Shown here one piece after another: positions 1 to 9,785 of a stretch of 45,421 bases of DNA (position 1 is the stretch's first letter; each line of letters starts with the position of its first letter). The notes beneath the pieces are model-generated. The model ran no database searches. It was not told the DNA's origin and was given only the letters and a program-made list of their open reading frames with translations. The stretch is taken from positions 1 through 45,421 of the forward strand of contig JBBCAX010000043.1 in assembly GCA_051382335.1 (NCBI GenBank), given 5' to 3'. The DNA comes from Deltaproteobacteria bacterium TL4. GTDB lineage: Bacteria > SAR324 > NAC60-12. Made by a program: the position numbers and the translations under genes.

Positions 1-33
1 ATATTTTCCGAATTCCTCTAGAATCTGCTTCAT
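1..33 (-). CDS. 5' start of an unknown gene running off the window (MKQILEEFGKY...), possibly an IS transposase
   Basis: ATG at 33-31 preceded by CAGGAGAAAC on the minus strand; frame open to the window edge; only 11 codons visible. Confidence 0.3.
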   Translation of the reverse strand, partial: MKQILEEFGKY

Positions 34-169
34 GTTTCTCCTGTTTTTGCTAAGTTAATCTTTGTGGAAAAAGACAACTCTTTACGGGAGAAACACCGCC
101 ATATTCAATCCAATTCTTCTGTTTTTTAAATTTTTACATACCACTCATCTTTCGGTAGAATTTAATTTC

Positions 170-553
170 ATGCACGGGTATTGTGCTATAGCCCTGGAGC
201 ATAAGAAGCTGGAGGATGCTCAGGTGAACTATGAAGTGGTGTCTCTGTTTCATCCTGAATTTCACTTGAGAATGAGGCTTCAGGAGCGGTGGAGGCATTT
301 TAAAAGCTCACCGGAAACGCTTCCGGAATCCATACGGGTTTTATTGGATCATCACCTTGAATTTAACAAAACTGAATTTGAGGAAGAACTTAAAAAGTTT
401 TCGAGACCCAATCATGAAAAAAGCCTGATCGGCAAGAAGGTCAGAGGGGAATTGAATGCGGATCCCTTAATCCAAATGCAACAACTGGCGGCATTACTTC
501 TTCCCCTGGAACCCAAAAATTATTCCTTCCCCTACTCCCCCAAATCCGTATGA
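170..553 (+). pseudogene. brxE: BREX-6 BrxE-like protein, apparently lacking its N-terminus
   Basis: C-terminal pattern SLF..F.L...L.ER...FK ... IGKKVRGELNADP....QLAALLLPL...YSFPY resembles type 6 BrxE; first gene of the operon, ATGA overlap with brxA; sequence upstream of ~180 is AT-rich and does not resemble BrxE. Confidence 0.6.
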
Positions 554-1320
554 CCACTTATTCCATAACCACACAAGCTCACACCGATATCATGCGGATT
601 ACAGCCAGACTTGAAGAAACCCGAGCCTATATCCGGAACTTTGAAGAAACGGCTACAACTGCAGAACTCAAGACCCGAGCCTGGGAAGGGCAATGGTTTG
701 GATTTATCCCGGAATCTATTTTTATCCGCTTGATGCCAGCGCTTTATAATCGTTATGGACAGTATCCTCAACTGATGGAGGTTCTTAAAAAGTGGTTGAG
801 CCTTGGCCTGGAAAGTCATGATTTCAAGTTGATCTGCCATCTGCACCTTCAGCTCACCGATCCCTATTACCGGTGGGTGAGTGGACAGTGCTTACCCTCA
901 CGGTATCGTGAAGGGCTCTATGAAATCAACAACACCATTTTGGTCTCCCTGTTAAAAAATGAAATCGCGGCAGAGTTAAAAAGCAATTCGCTTCAAAAAC
1001 TGGCAAGAAACATTCTTACAACCATACGGGATGTAGGCTTGCTCAAGGGAACCCAGAATAAATCCATGACAACTCCGGTGGTGAGTGTGGAATTTCTGGG
1101 ATACCTGTTATACACCCTCTCAAAGTTGGGTTATCCCGTTGCCGACATTCCTGCGAGTCCGTATATCCAATCTTTGTTTAGAGACCGGGAAACATTCCAG
1201 GGACTCCTTGCGGAAGGCCAACGAAAGAACTGGTGGGAGTATAATTGGGGTAATCAGATTTTCACCCTTTCGTTTCAGTATCCGGATATTCTGACCTGGT
1301 TTGAAAGGAGCGTTCTATGA
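550..1320 (+). CDS. brxA: BREX protein BrxA (DUF1819-like)
   Basis: 256 aa ORF with HLQLTDPYYRW and LARNILTTIRDVGLLKG; lies directly before brxB/brxC; ATGA overlaps at both ends. Confidence 0.8.
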   Translation: MTTYSITTQAHTDIMRITARLEETRAYIRNFEETATTAELKTRAWEGQWFGFIPESIFIRLMPALYNRYGQYPQLMEVLKKWLSLGLESHDFKLICHLHLQLTDPYYRWVSGQCLPSRYREGLYEINNTILVSLLKNEIAAELKSNSLQKLARNILTTIRDVGLLKGTQNKSMTTPVVSVEFLGYLLYTLSKLGYPVADIPASPYIQSLFRDRETFQGLLAEGQRKNWWEYNWGNQIFTLSFQYPDILTWFERSVL

Positions 1321-1940
1321 GCCTTCGTGAGAGAGTAGATGAATTAAAGAAAGATCTCCTGCATGATTCTGTGCCCCAGATCAGCATCATGGGCAACTAT
1401 CCTTTTGCCATCCTCCAGTATGAACCTGAAGAGGAATTTAAAATGCGGGAACTGATTGGAAACCTGGTTGAAGAACTCCGACATCAGGGATGGAAGGTCA
1501 GGGATATTTCCTTGCTGGAATTACTGCTGAAACGGCTCCAGAACGATGAAGACAATGCGGTTGAGGTCATTATTTCAGGGGAACGGAGTAAATATGAACG
1601 CAGTATTCGCAAGAAACAGGGATTAGAACCGGGACTCAATTATTTAAGGGACATGATGGCGGAAGATTTGGAAGGCCCCCAAGGTTTAGCCACAGATGTC
1701 ATCCGTGAAATCCGGGAGATGGTCGCCGAAGAAGACAAAGGACAAACCTTGGTATTTCTTTCTCGTGCGGGCGCTTTGTACCCCTTCTACCGAACTTCAG
1801 GATTGTTAAGATTTTTAGATGGCAACACAGCCAGGGTTCCGGTGATTCTGCTTTATCCTGGAAGCCGTTCTAGTAATACAGGATTATCCTTTATGGGGGA
1901 ATATCAACCCGATCTTGATTATCGCCCCAGAATCTATTGA
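1317..1940 (+). CDS. brxB: BREX protein BrxB (DUF1788)
   Basis: NYPFAILQYEPEEEF, RAGALYPFYRTSGLL, PVILLYPG, LSFMG, C-terminal YRPRIY are typical BrxB features; RBS AGGAG. Confidence 0.9.
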   Translation: MSLRERVDELKKDLLHDSVPQISIMGNYPFAILQYEPEEEFKMRELIGNLVEELRHQGWKVRDISLLELLLKRLQNDEDNAVEVIISGERSKYERSIRKKQGLEPGLNYLRDMMAEDLEGPQGLATDVIREIREMVAEEDKGQTLVFLSRAGALYPFYRTSGLLRFLDGNTARVPVILLYPGSRSSNTGLSFMGEYQPDLDYRPRIY

Positions 1941-1950
1941 AAGGATGTGC

Positions 1951-4900
1951 ATGATCACCATTAAAGATGTTTTGGAACGACCTATTGAAGAGAATATTGC
2001 TCCAGTGGTTTATTTCCACAAACAGGAACCGGAAAGCCTGGAAAATGAAGTCCGGGAATATGTGGTGACCACACGACCTGGAACCGGAGGTGAAACCGGA
2101 GGAGGGATTCATGAACAATATGTTTTCTTACTCAGCCAAATCACAAACGCTCTGGACAAAAAGGAATGTTCCCTCCCGGCTTCCTGGATTTCCGGATTTT
2201 ATGGATCTGGAAAATCCTCCTTTGCCAAGCTTCTGGGACTCGCTCTGGATGGCGCCAAACTTCCCAATGGACGTCCCTTGTCCGAAGCGCTTCTGGCTCG
2301 GGACGATACCCCTCATGCCTATAAATTCAGAGAAGCGTGGAATAATCTGATCCAGAAAATTGATCCGATTTCGGTGGTGTTTGATATTAGTGCTACGTCT
2401 CGTAACGACGAACTCATTCACAGAACCCTATACCGGGAAGTTCAAAAACGATTGGGATATTCCTCCATTGATAGCATCGCCTACTTTGAAAAACTGCTGG
2501 AAGATGAAAAACGTTATGAGGAGTTTTTAGCATTGTGTGAACAGGAATACCAAAAACCTTGGGAACAGATCAAATATAGAAAAATTGCTCCCCAAAACTT
2601 CAGTACCTTATATTCCAGGTTGTACCCAGCTCAATATCCTGATCCCATGGACTGGTTCGAACTTCATCAATCCGAAAATTCAAGCCAGGAGGCTCAGGGG
2701 ATTCATGAAGCGGTCTCAGGAATTGGAGCCATTCTGAATCGGCGGTCTCCAGGAAAAAACCTGTTCATTGTAATTGATGAAATGAGTCAGCATATCAATA
2801 CCGATCAGCGAAAAATGCTGAGTCTGCAAACCCTGGTTTCAGAATTGGGAGCAAGGCTGGAAGGAAAGGTATGGCTTCTGGCGATTGGTCAGGAACGCTT
2901 GGCGGATGTTAACGAAAGCACCGTGTTGGGGAAGATGAGAGATCGCTTTCCGCAAAGATTTCGGGTGCATCTGGATCGTGCGAATGTCCGGGAAATTGTT
3001 TACCAGAGATTGCTTAAAAAAAAGGCGAATCAGATCGCCTCTCTGACCCAGCTTATTGAAAAGCCGGGAGTGATGAGCAAACTCAAACTGGAAGGCCATG
3101 AGTGCGGGGAAATTACCCTGGAGAGCCTGATCAGCCACTATCCTCTGCTTCCAGGTCACATCAACCTTCTGCTGGATATCTCCCAGGGCATCCGCAATAG
3201 TTCCACCCGGATTCAGTCGGATTCTGGCTCCGTTCGCGGCGTGCTGCAAATCATCTGGGAACTGTTCAATAATCCGAATGTAAAACTGAAAGATCAGCCC
3301 CTGGGCACCTTGGTAACCCTGGATGCGGTTTATGATATTCAGCGTTCTGCGCTCAATTCCGACACCCTGTTAACCCTCGATAAAATTGAAGAAAAATGCG
3401 TTAACCAGCCGTTCCATTTTAAAGTCGCAAAAGCGATGGCCTTGCTGGAAGTGATTCAGGAAACGCTTCCCACCACCGAAACTTTAATTGCCAAGGTCTT
3501 GTATCCGGCTTTGGGGGCTGATCCTGTTCGGGATGCGGTCAAACTCGCCCTCAAAGAACTGGAAGCAGACCATTTTATTCATGAACAGGAACGCCTGGGC
3601 TGGCGAATTCAGAATCAATCCGGGCAAGACTGGATTCGACAACGGGATAAAGACTCCATCTCCAGCGATTCGATTCGTGAGCTGATTTACACCCAACTGA
3701 AAGAAGTGATTGGAACCGTCGAAAATCCACGGTTGCATCAAACCCCGCTCTCCTGGAATACCTGGAAAGGGCCGCATGAACGAGTCGGACAGGGGGCTCT
3801 GGATTCTTTGGGTGGAAAAACGGACTATCCCCGAGTGGATCTGATTCTGTGTTTTGTGACCGATCAACAATTCCGGGAAGATCATGATGAATGGGTGAGT
3901 CGCAGTAATGAATCGAGCTACAAAGACCAGTTTATCTGGGTCTGTGGAGATCACCACGAAGTCAATAACCTGGCTCGGGATTATCTCAGATCTGATAAAA
4001 TGATTCAAACTCATGAAAGCAAAAAACTGGATCGGGTCAAAGAACGATTCCTGGTGGAGGAAAAAGCCCGTAGGGAACGAAAACTTACCGAACTTCCCAA
4101 AATGATCCGGCAATGCTGGCTCAACGGGGAGGTCTTTTTTAATGGAACTTCCTGCAAGTTGAGAAATAAGGGGAATACATTTGAATCGGCTCTTAAAAGC
4201 ATTGTGGAAGAAAACCTGGAGCATATCTATCCCCATTTTAAGGAAGGCAACATCACGCTGTCCAAGGAGAAGGATTTACCCGAACTCTTCCAGCCGGAAA
4301 TTGTTTCTCCCAACCCCAAATATCTGGATAATGGCTATCTGGGATTGATCTCGATGGATGCCGGGAAAGTTTCCTTTACCGTTCATGGAGCCATTCCCAC
4401 CCGAATCAAGGACTATTTGGAGGAAAACCATAGCACTACCGGGGAAGCCCTGTGTCGCCATTTTGGGAAACCGCCCTGGGGCTATCCCAAATCGGTCTTG
4501 CGAGCCTCGTTAATCGCCCTGCTCCGTGCGGAATGGATTGTGTTGCAGGATGCGGCGGGAACCCGAATGACCAGTTACAAGGATCCGGGCGCTAAAGAAG
4601 TCTTGCTGCAGGAATCCCAGTTCAACAAATGTGAGATTTTTCAAAACCAACAACCGGAAATCACTGCCCGGATGAAGGTGGCTTGTGCTTCGTTTTTTGA
4701 AAAAAATCTCAAGAAATCTGTGGCCAGGGAAAATGATCCTCTGGCAGATGCGGTATTTCAGTATTTCAACCCCCTGCTGAAACAGGTGGATGATTTGAAA
4801 ACCCGTCTGAAGAATTTATCGTTTAGCGTTCCCTCACGTCTGGGAGAACTTGCCGAAGCCCTCAGAGAGTGCTGCCGGGATCGCAAAGTGCTGCCCACCG

Positions 4901-5586
4901 TCAAAACCCTGCACAAGAATCTGGAGGTGCTCAAGGAGGGGGTATCCCTGCTGCATGAAATCGAACAGGAACTCACCCCGGAGGTTGTGTCAACACTCCA
5001 GCATTTTCAACGAATTCTGACCAACGAGGCTGAACAACTCAAGGCAATCAATGCTCTGAGCGCCGTTCAGAAAGCAGAAGAAACCCTGAAACAGCAATTA
5101 TCCGGAGAAACCCCTTGGCGAGGGTGTTCGGAAGTTTTGCCTGCTGCGGAGGAGATTGAAAAATACTATCGTGAAAAGCGTGAACACCTGTTGCGTATTC
5201 AGGAAGATTGTCATCAGCAACTCCTGGACAAACTCAAACAGCATCCTGATTTTAGCCGCTTGACTTCAAAACAGATTCCGGAAGTCACCCGTACTTTGTT
5301 TACCGCCGTCCAGACCAGTTCCCCAGAAGCCACCTGGCCCACCCTCATCATGCTGAAAGATGCCCCTAACAAACTGGCAGACGCTGAAGCCAAAGCGTAT
5401 GACCTGATGGAAGAATTTCTGATCGAAGAGAGTCTGGATGAAAAAGCACCTGTAGAAAAAATCTCTTTGAATTTTATCAAAAACCGAATGGTGGAAACCG
5501 AAAGCGATCTGGATAACCTGCTTTCTGAATTAAAAGAACGCTGTATCCAGGAACTGAAAAAAGGCAAACGCATTAGAATCATTTAA
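1951..5586 (+). CDS. brxC: BREX P-loop ATPase BrxC/PglY
   Basis: Walker A WISGFYGSGKSS, Walker B FIVIDEM, DRF, YPLLP, FGKPPWGYP; start chosen at ATG 1951 after AAGGA (ORF track gives 1915). Confidence 0.92.
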   Translation: MITIKDVLERPIEENIAPVVYFHKQEPESLENEVREYVVTTRPGTGGETGGGIHEQYVFLLSQITNALDKKECSLPASWISGFYGSGKSSFAKLLGLALDGAKLPNGRPLSEALLARDDTPHAYKFREAWNNLIQKIDPISVVFDISATSRNDELIHRTLYREVQKRLGYSSIDSIAYFEKLLEDEKRYEEFLALCEQEYQKPWEQIKYRKIAPQNFSTLYSRLYPAQYPDPMDWFELHQSENSSQEAQGIHEAVSGIGAILNRRSPGKNLFIVIDEMSQHINTDQRKMLSLQTLVSELGARLEGKVWLLAIGQERLADVNESTVLGKMRDRFPQRFRVHLDRANVREIVYQRLLKKKANQIASLTQLIEKPGVMSKLKLEGHECGEITLESLISHYPLLPGHINLLLDISQGIRNSSTRIQSDSGSVRGVLQIIWELFNNPNVKLKDQPLGTLVTLDAVYDIQRSALNSDTLLTLDKIEEKCVNQPFHFKVAKAMALLEVIQETLPTTETLIAKVLYPALGADPVRDAVKLALKELEADHFIHEQERLGWRIQNQSGQDWIRQRDKDSISSDSIRELIYTQLKEVIGTVENPRLHQTPLSWNTWKGPHERVGQGALDSLGGKTDYPRVDLILCFVTDQQFREDHDEWVSRSNESSYKDQFIWVCGDHHEVNNLARDYLRSDKMIQTHESKKLDRVKERFLVEEKARRERKLTELPKMIRQCWLNGEVFFNGTSCKLRNKGNTFESALKSIVEENLEHIYPHFKEGNITLSKEKDLPELFQPEIVSPNPKYLDNGYLGLISMDAGKVSFTVHGAIPTRIKDYLEENHSTTGEALCRHFGKPPWGYPKSVLRASLIALLRAEWIVLQDAAGTRMTSYKDPGAKEVLLQESQFNKCEIFQNQQPEITARMKVACASFFEKNLKKSVARENDPLADAVFQYFNPLLKQVDDLKTRLKNLSFSVPSRLGELAEALRECCRDRKVLPTVKTLHKNLEVLKEGVSLLHEIEQELTPEVVSTLQHFQRILTNEAEQLKAINALSAVQKAEETLKQQLSGETPWRGCSEVLPAAEEIEKYYREKREHLLRIQEDCHQQLLDKLKQHPDFSRLTSKQIPEVTRTLFTAVQTSSPEATWPTLIMLKDAPNKLADAEAKAYDLMEEFLIEESLDEKAPVEKISLNFIKNRMVETESDLDNLLSELKERCIQELKKGKRIRII

Positions 5587-5612
5587 CAATGAACAATGAG
5601 CAATGAACAATG
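5585..5612 (+). repeat. Heptamer tandem repeat (AACAATG)2-AGCAATG-AACAATG filling the brxC-pglX intergenic space
   Basis: Four 7-bp units read directly; the last unit supplies the pglX ATG (5610). Confidence 0.9.
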
Positions 5613-8600
5613 CTGACTGAATTTACTCGAAAAAAGTTGAACGAAACGGTGGATCGAATCCGGGAACGGTTGCTGGGCGATTTATATGGAGCAGTGGATC
5701 GAAAATTCTCTTTTTCGATCAAGGATCGGAGCCGTTTGAGGTTGTCGCAGGAGCATCAGTACCAGTATCAGTTGCTGAAGCAATGGGGGGAGGATGATAT
5801 CCGGAAGCATAACGGGTTTGAGAGCAATATCCGTTTGGCGGTCAGGGAGGCGGCTTATACCCTGGTGAATCGACTGTTTATTCTGAAACAACTGGAATCC
5901 CGCAAGCTCCAACCTCTGGCTGTGTTGACAGGCGGGAAGGAAAGTGAAGGCTACCGCAGTTTTCGGGAGTTTTGTCCGCAGCTTTGTAAAGGAGATGATA
6001 GCGGATACGGGTTTCTGCTGAAACAGTTATTTGACCGGATCGCTCTTGAATTGCCAGGGTTCTTTTCCAACACAGGAATTCAGCATATTTTTGATATTCC
6101 GGGCCCCACCCTGTTCTGGCTCATCGAACAACTGGATCAGAAGGAACTCGAAGGAGCCTGGAGCGATGATACCACGCTGGGATGGCTGTACCAATACTGG
6201 AATGATCCTGACCGAACCGCTGTGAATAACAAGATCCTCGGAAAAGGAGTCAGCAAGGGGAAGGTGGAAACCCACGAAATCGCTCAGGCTACTCAACTTT
6301 TTACCGAGCGCTACATGGTGGAGTGGCTGCTGCAAAACAGCCTGGGAACGCAATGGCTGGCGATTTGTAAAAAAAACAAATGGCCTTCAACCACCGAAAG
6401 CACCACCCTTAAACAGTTGGAAGCACGCCGAAAAGAATGGCGGGGGAAGATTGAAAAAGGAGAGGTTTCTCAGGATATGCCCATGCCCCTTGAATCCGGA
6501 GAGGAAGAACGATGGAAGTTTTATATCGATCAGACCATTCCCCAGGAAGTCATTGATGCCGCCCCAAAGTCGCTCAAGGAAGTGAAACTTCTCGATCCCG
6601 CCTGTGGTTCCGGACATTTCCTGGTTTATGCGTTTGATCTGCTTTTTCATTTTTATCAGGAAGAAGCCTCTTTTAAGGGAAAGCCTGTTTCCAATGAATC
6701 CATCGTCCAATCCATTCTGGAAAACAACCTGCACGGCATTGACATTGATCCCCGTGCGGTGCAACTGGCGGCGGCCAGCTTGTTGATCAAAGCCAAACAG
6801 CAGGCTCCTGCCCTCCAGTTATCAAAGCTCAATCTGGTGGCAACCGATTTGGGACTCGCCAACCTGCCCAGTGACGATCCCAGTATCCAAGTGTTCATCC
6901 AGACCTTGCAAAACGAAGTAGATCTGGACCCCTCCCAAAGTCTTAAAATCATCGAAGCCTTGAAAGGAGCGGATTACCTGGGCTCATTGTTACCCATTCA
7001 GGAATATCTGGAAAAACTCAATGAGGATGCCCCCTTGTTCAAGTTTGGAGCTGACCAAGCAGAAAAAAACCTAAGCCTCCAGGCTCATCAGGTGATTACC
7101 CAAGCCTTGCATCAGTTCATGCTGACCCATGATCAAGGCGAAGATCTGGGCATTAAAACTCGTGCGGAACAACTCGCCAAAGGGATACGTTTACTCGAAT
7201 TGTTAAGTCAAAAATATCATGTGGTTTGTGCGAATCCTCCTTATTTATCAAAGTCCAAGTGCCAGAATGATATTTTAGATATTTTCAAACGGGGATCTGA
7301 ACTCTATGAGGAGTTTTTCTACCGTTTTATTACCCTGACCAAAGTGAACGGTTTCATAGCGACATTAACGGCTCAGAACTTCATGTTTATTTCAAAATTT
7401 GAAGAACTAAGAAAAACGTTGCTATCTGAAACACTGGTTTATCGTTGCTTACACTTTGGAAGTGATACGTTTCAGGATGTCTTGAATGCTCTGGGGTTTG
7501 CTGCCTTTGTCACCATTCACAACCCTTCAATAAACGTTGAAAGCGAGTACATTCGACTCGAACGTATTCCCATGAAGTTGAAGTCTCGACATGCGCTGAA
7601 TCCTCCTGCAAATAGAAAATTCACCTTCCTCCAATCCAAATTCAAAGACCTCGAAGGCTGGCCTATGATCTACTGGTGGCCTGAAGAATTCCGGGAGGTG
7701 TATTTGAAGTCTCCAAAATTGAAGGATGTTGGGGAAACAAGACTTGGAATGAGAACAGGGATTAATTCTAGATTTCTTAAACAGTGGTGGGAAATTGGAA
7801 TGAATTCAATTTCATTAATACCACAGATTAATAAAGATATCGTAGACTTTAAAAAAAGATGGGTTCCTTATGTGAAAGGAGCCAAAGGAAGGCGTTGGTT
7901 TGATAATCCAGATGAATTTATTCTTTGGAAGGAAAATGGATTGGAAATCAAAATACATAACATGAATTTATATGGTACGTATTCTCGTACTATCCAATCT
8001 AGAGATAAATATTTTAAACAAGGGATAGCTTTTAGTTACATAGGAACATCCGGATTTTTATGTAGGCTGAGAAAGTATCAATCTGTTTTTGATGTTTCCG
8101 GTTCTTCCATCTTTGTTGATAATCCAGAGAAAACCCAAGTGTTGCTGTCCTCAATCGTCTCAGGATATGTGTCTCAATCTATCAATCCAACCATCAATAA
8201 TCAGGTGGGGGATATTGATTACCTTCCCGTTTTTGACATTATTCCCAACTGGGAAATTCATTATGACGAAGCCAAGGCGTTGTATGAAGTTTATTTTTCG
8301 AGTCGGGAAACGTGTATTGAATACACCTATCAACCCTGTGACCTGGAGCAGTTTGAAAAAGCGGAGATCCTTATCCGATCCGATATAGACAAGGAAATCT
8401 ATGGCCAATTCAAAGCTGAAACCGTGAAGGCGATCCAGGAAGAAGTGGGTGAGTCTTGTGGTAATTACAAAAAACTGACGGACGAAGCATTAGACCAGGC
8501 TTCCAAACTTTATCCCCAATTTGCGGATACCTACCTCAATGGCCCCTTGAGCTATGAACTGGGGCAACTCCAGAAAAAAGCGGATGGAACCCCCGAACGA

Positions 8601-9737
8601 GGAAAACTCCAAAATCTGGAAGAATTGTGTCATGAGTTTCAGTTGCATCCGGAATCCATTCTTGCCCTACGGAAAAAGCTGGGGATCCAACGTAAGTCGG
8701 ACCGGCAAGACGAAGCCTATCGGCATCTGGCCTGGGCGCTTGGCGTGGCGTTAGGACGTTTTGACGCACAAACCGGAGGCTTGATCGATCTGGCCGCAGA
8801 ACGAAGAGTGGAACAGAATCTTGTAGCCGATCCCCAGGCTCCCAAGAGTCTGCCTCATGGGCTGTTTTTCCTGTCAGCCCGAGGACAAGTTGAAGAAGAA
8901 CCCGTGATCCATCCCTCTAAAAATGCGGGACTGATCCAAACCCTCCAGCACATTCTCACCTACAAGCATGGCCAGGACAAGTCCCAGGCACTCTGGCAGG
9001 AAATCGAAAAGGCTCTGGTGTATGATGCCAAAGGCTCCCTCACACATTCCGAAAAGCAAAAGCTGAACTTCAATCAGTTCCTGAGGGAGAAATGTTTTGA
9101 ATTTCATAAGTCTGTTTATGAAAACCGCCCCATCTATTTCCCGTTATCTTCCAAAAAGAAATCCTATGTGGTGTGGTGCAACATCCACTCCTGGACGGAC
9201 TCCACACTCAAAACCATCCTGGCTGAGTTTTTGATGCCGGAGAAGAAAAGTCTGAGTATGAAACTGGAAGAAATGCGGCTCAAGAAAGTTCGACTCACCG
9301 ATAAACGGGAACTCCAGGATCTGGAAAAACGGATTGACGCCTATGACCTATGGGAAAGCGAACTGGACGCTTTTATTGAAATCATGGCTCAAATCGCGGA
9401 AAAGGGCGCCAACCCTGCTGCCCAGGAAGCAACGGCTCCCTATATCATGGATCTGGATGATGGCGTGATGATCAATTCTGCCGCTTTATGGCCTCTGCTC
9501 GAACCCCAATGGAAAGATCCCAAAACGTGGTGGGGGCATCTGGAAAAACCGGTTGGAAAAAACGATTATGACTGGTCTCATCTTGCCATGCGCTACTGGC
9601 CCCACCGAGTCTGGAAAAAGCTGGAGGAAGATCCCTCGCTCGCCGTAGCCCACTCTCACTACGGCTCCTATCAAGACCGGGATTTATTCAAGGAACTCCA
9701 TCCCAAAATGGCAGAAAAATGGGACAATGAACAATGA
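5610..9737 (+). CDS. pglX: BREX adenine-specific DNA methyltransferase PglX (BrxX)
   Basis: ATQLFTERYMVEWLLQNSLG, SAM-binding LLDPACGSGHFL, catalytic NPPY, YENRPIY, DLDDGVMINSAALWPLL. Confidence 0.93.
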   Translation: MLTEFTRKKLNETVDRIRERLLGDLYGAVDRKFSFSIKDRSRLRLSQEHQYQYQLLKQWGEDDIRKHNGFESNIRLAVREAAYTLVNRLFILKQLESRKLQPLAVLTGGKESEGYRSFREFCPQLCKGDDSGYGFLLKQLFDRIALELPGFFSNTGIQHIFDIPGPTLFWLIEQLDQKELEGAWSDDTTLGWLYQYWNDPDRTAVNNKILGKGVSKGKVETHEIAQATQLFTERYMVEWLLQNSLGTQWLAICKKNKWPSTTESTTLKQLEARRKEWRGKIEKGEVSQDMPMPLESGEEERWKFYIDQTIPQEVIDAAPKSLKEVKLLDPACGSGHFLVYAFDLLFHFYQEEASFKGKPVSNESIVQSILENNLHGIDIDPRAVQLAAASLLIKAKQQAPALQLSKLNLVATDLGLANLPSDDPSIQVFIQTLQNEVDLDPSQSLKIIEALKGADYLGSLLPIQEYLEKLNEDAPLFKFGADQAEKNLSLQAHQVITQALHQFMLTHDQGEDLGIKTRAEQLAKGIRLLELLSQKYHVVCANPPYLSKSKCQNDILDIFKRGSELYEEFFYRFITLTKVNGFIATLTAQNFMFISKFEELRKTLLSETLVYRCLHFGSDTFQDVLNALGFAAFVTIHNPSINVESEYIRLERIPMKLKSRHALNPPANRKFTFLQSKFKDLEGWPMIYWWPEEFREVYLKSPKLKDVGETRLGMRTGINSRFLKQWWEIGMNSISLIPQINKDIVDFKKRWVPYVKGAKGRRWFDNPDEFILWKENGLEIKIHNMNLYGTYSRTIQSRDKYFKQGIAFSYIGTSGFLCRLRKYQSVFDVSGSSIFVDNPEKTQVLLSSIVSGYVSQSINPTINNQVGDIDYLPVFDIIPNWEIHYDEAKALYEVYFSSRETCIEYTYQPCDLEQFEKAEILIRSDIDKEIYGQFKAETVKAIQEEVGESCGNYKKLTDEALDQASKLYPQFADTYLNGPLSYELGQLQKKADGTPERGKLQNLEELCHEFQLHPESILALRKKLGIQRKSDRQDEAYRHLAWALGVALGRFDAQTGGLIDLAAERRVEQNLVADPQAPKSLPHGLFFLSARGQVEEEPVIHPSKNAGLIQTLQHILTYKHGQDKSQALWQEIEKALVYDAKGSLTHSEKQKLNFNQFLREKCFEFHKSVYENRPIYFPLSSKKKSYVVWCNIHSWTDSTLKTILAEFLMPEKKSLSMKLEEMRLKKVRLTDKRELQDLEKRIDAYDLWESELDAFIEIMAQIAEKGANPAAQEATAPYIMDLDDGVMINSAALWPLLEPQWKDPKTWWGHLEKPVGKNDYDWSHLAMRYWPHRVWKKLEEDPSLAVAHSHYGSYQDRDLFKELHPKMAEKWDNEQ

Positions 9738-9785
9738 GCAATGAAAGTCATGATAACTGATAACTGATAACTGATAACTGATAAG
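9723..9785 (+). repeat. Nine-unit heptamer array: GACAATG AACAATG AGCAATG AAAGTCA (TGATAAC)4 TGATAAG
   Basis: 63 bp in exact 7-nt register, overlapping the pglX stop and ending immediately before the pglZ ATG. Confidence 0.9.

Noticed and set aside
9723..9785. Possible CRISPR array
   Set aside because: Units are 7 bp and contiguous with no unique spacers; no cas genes in the window
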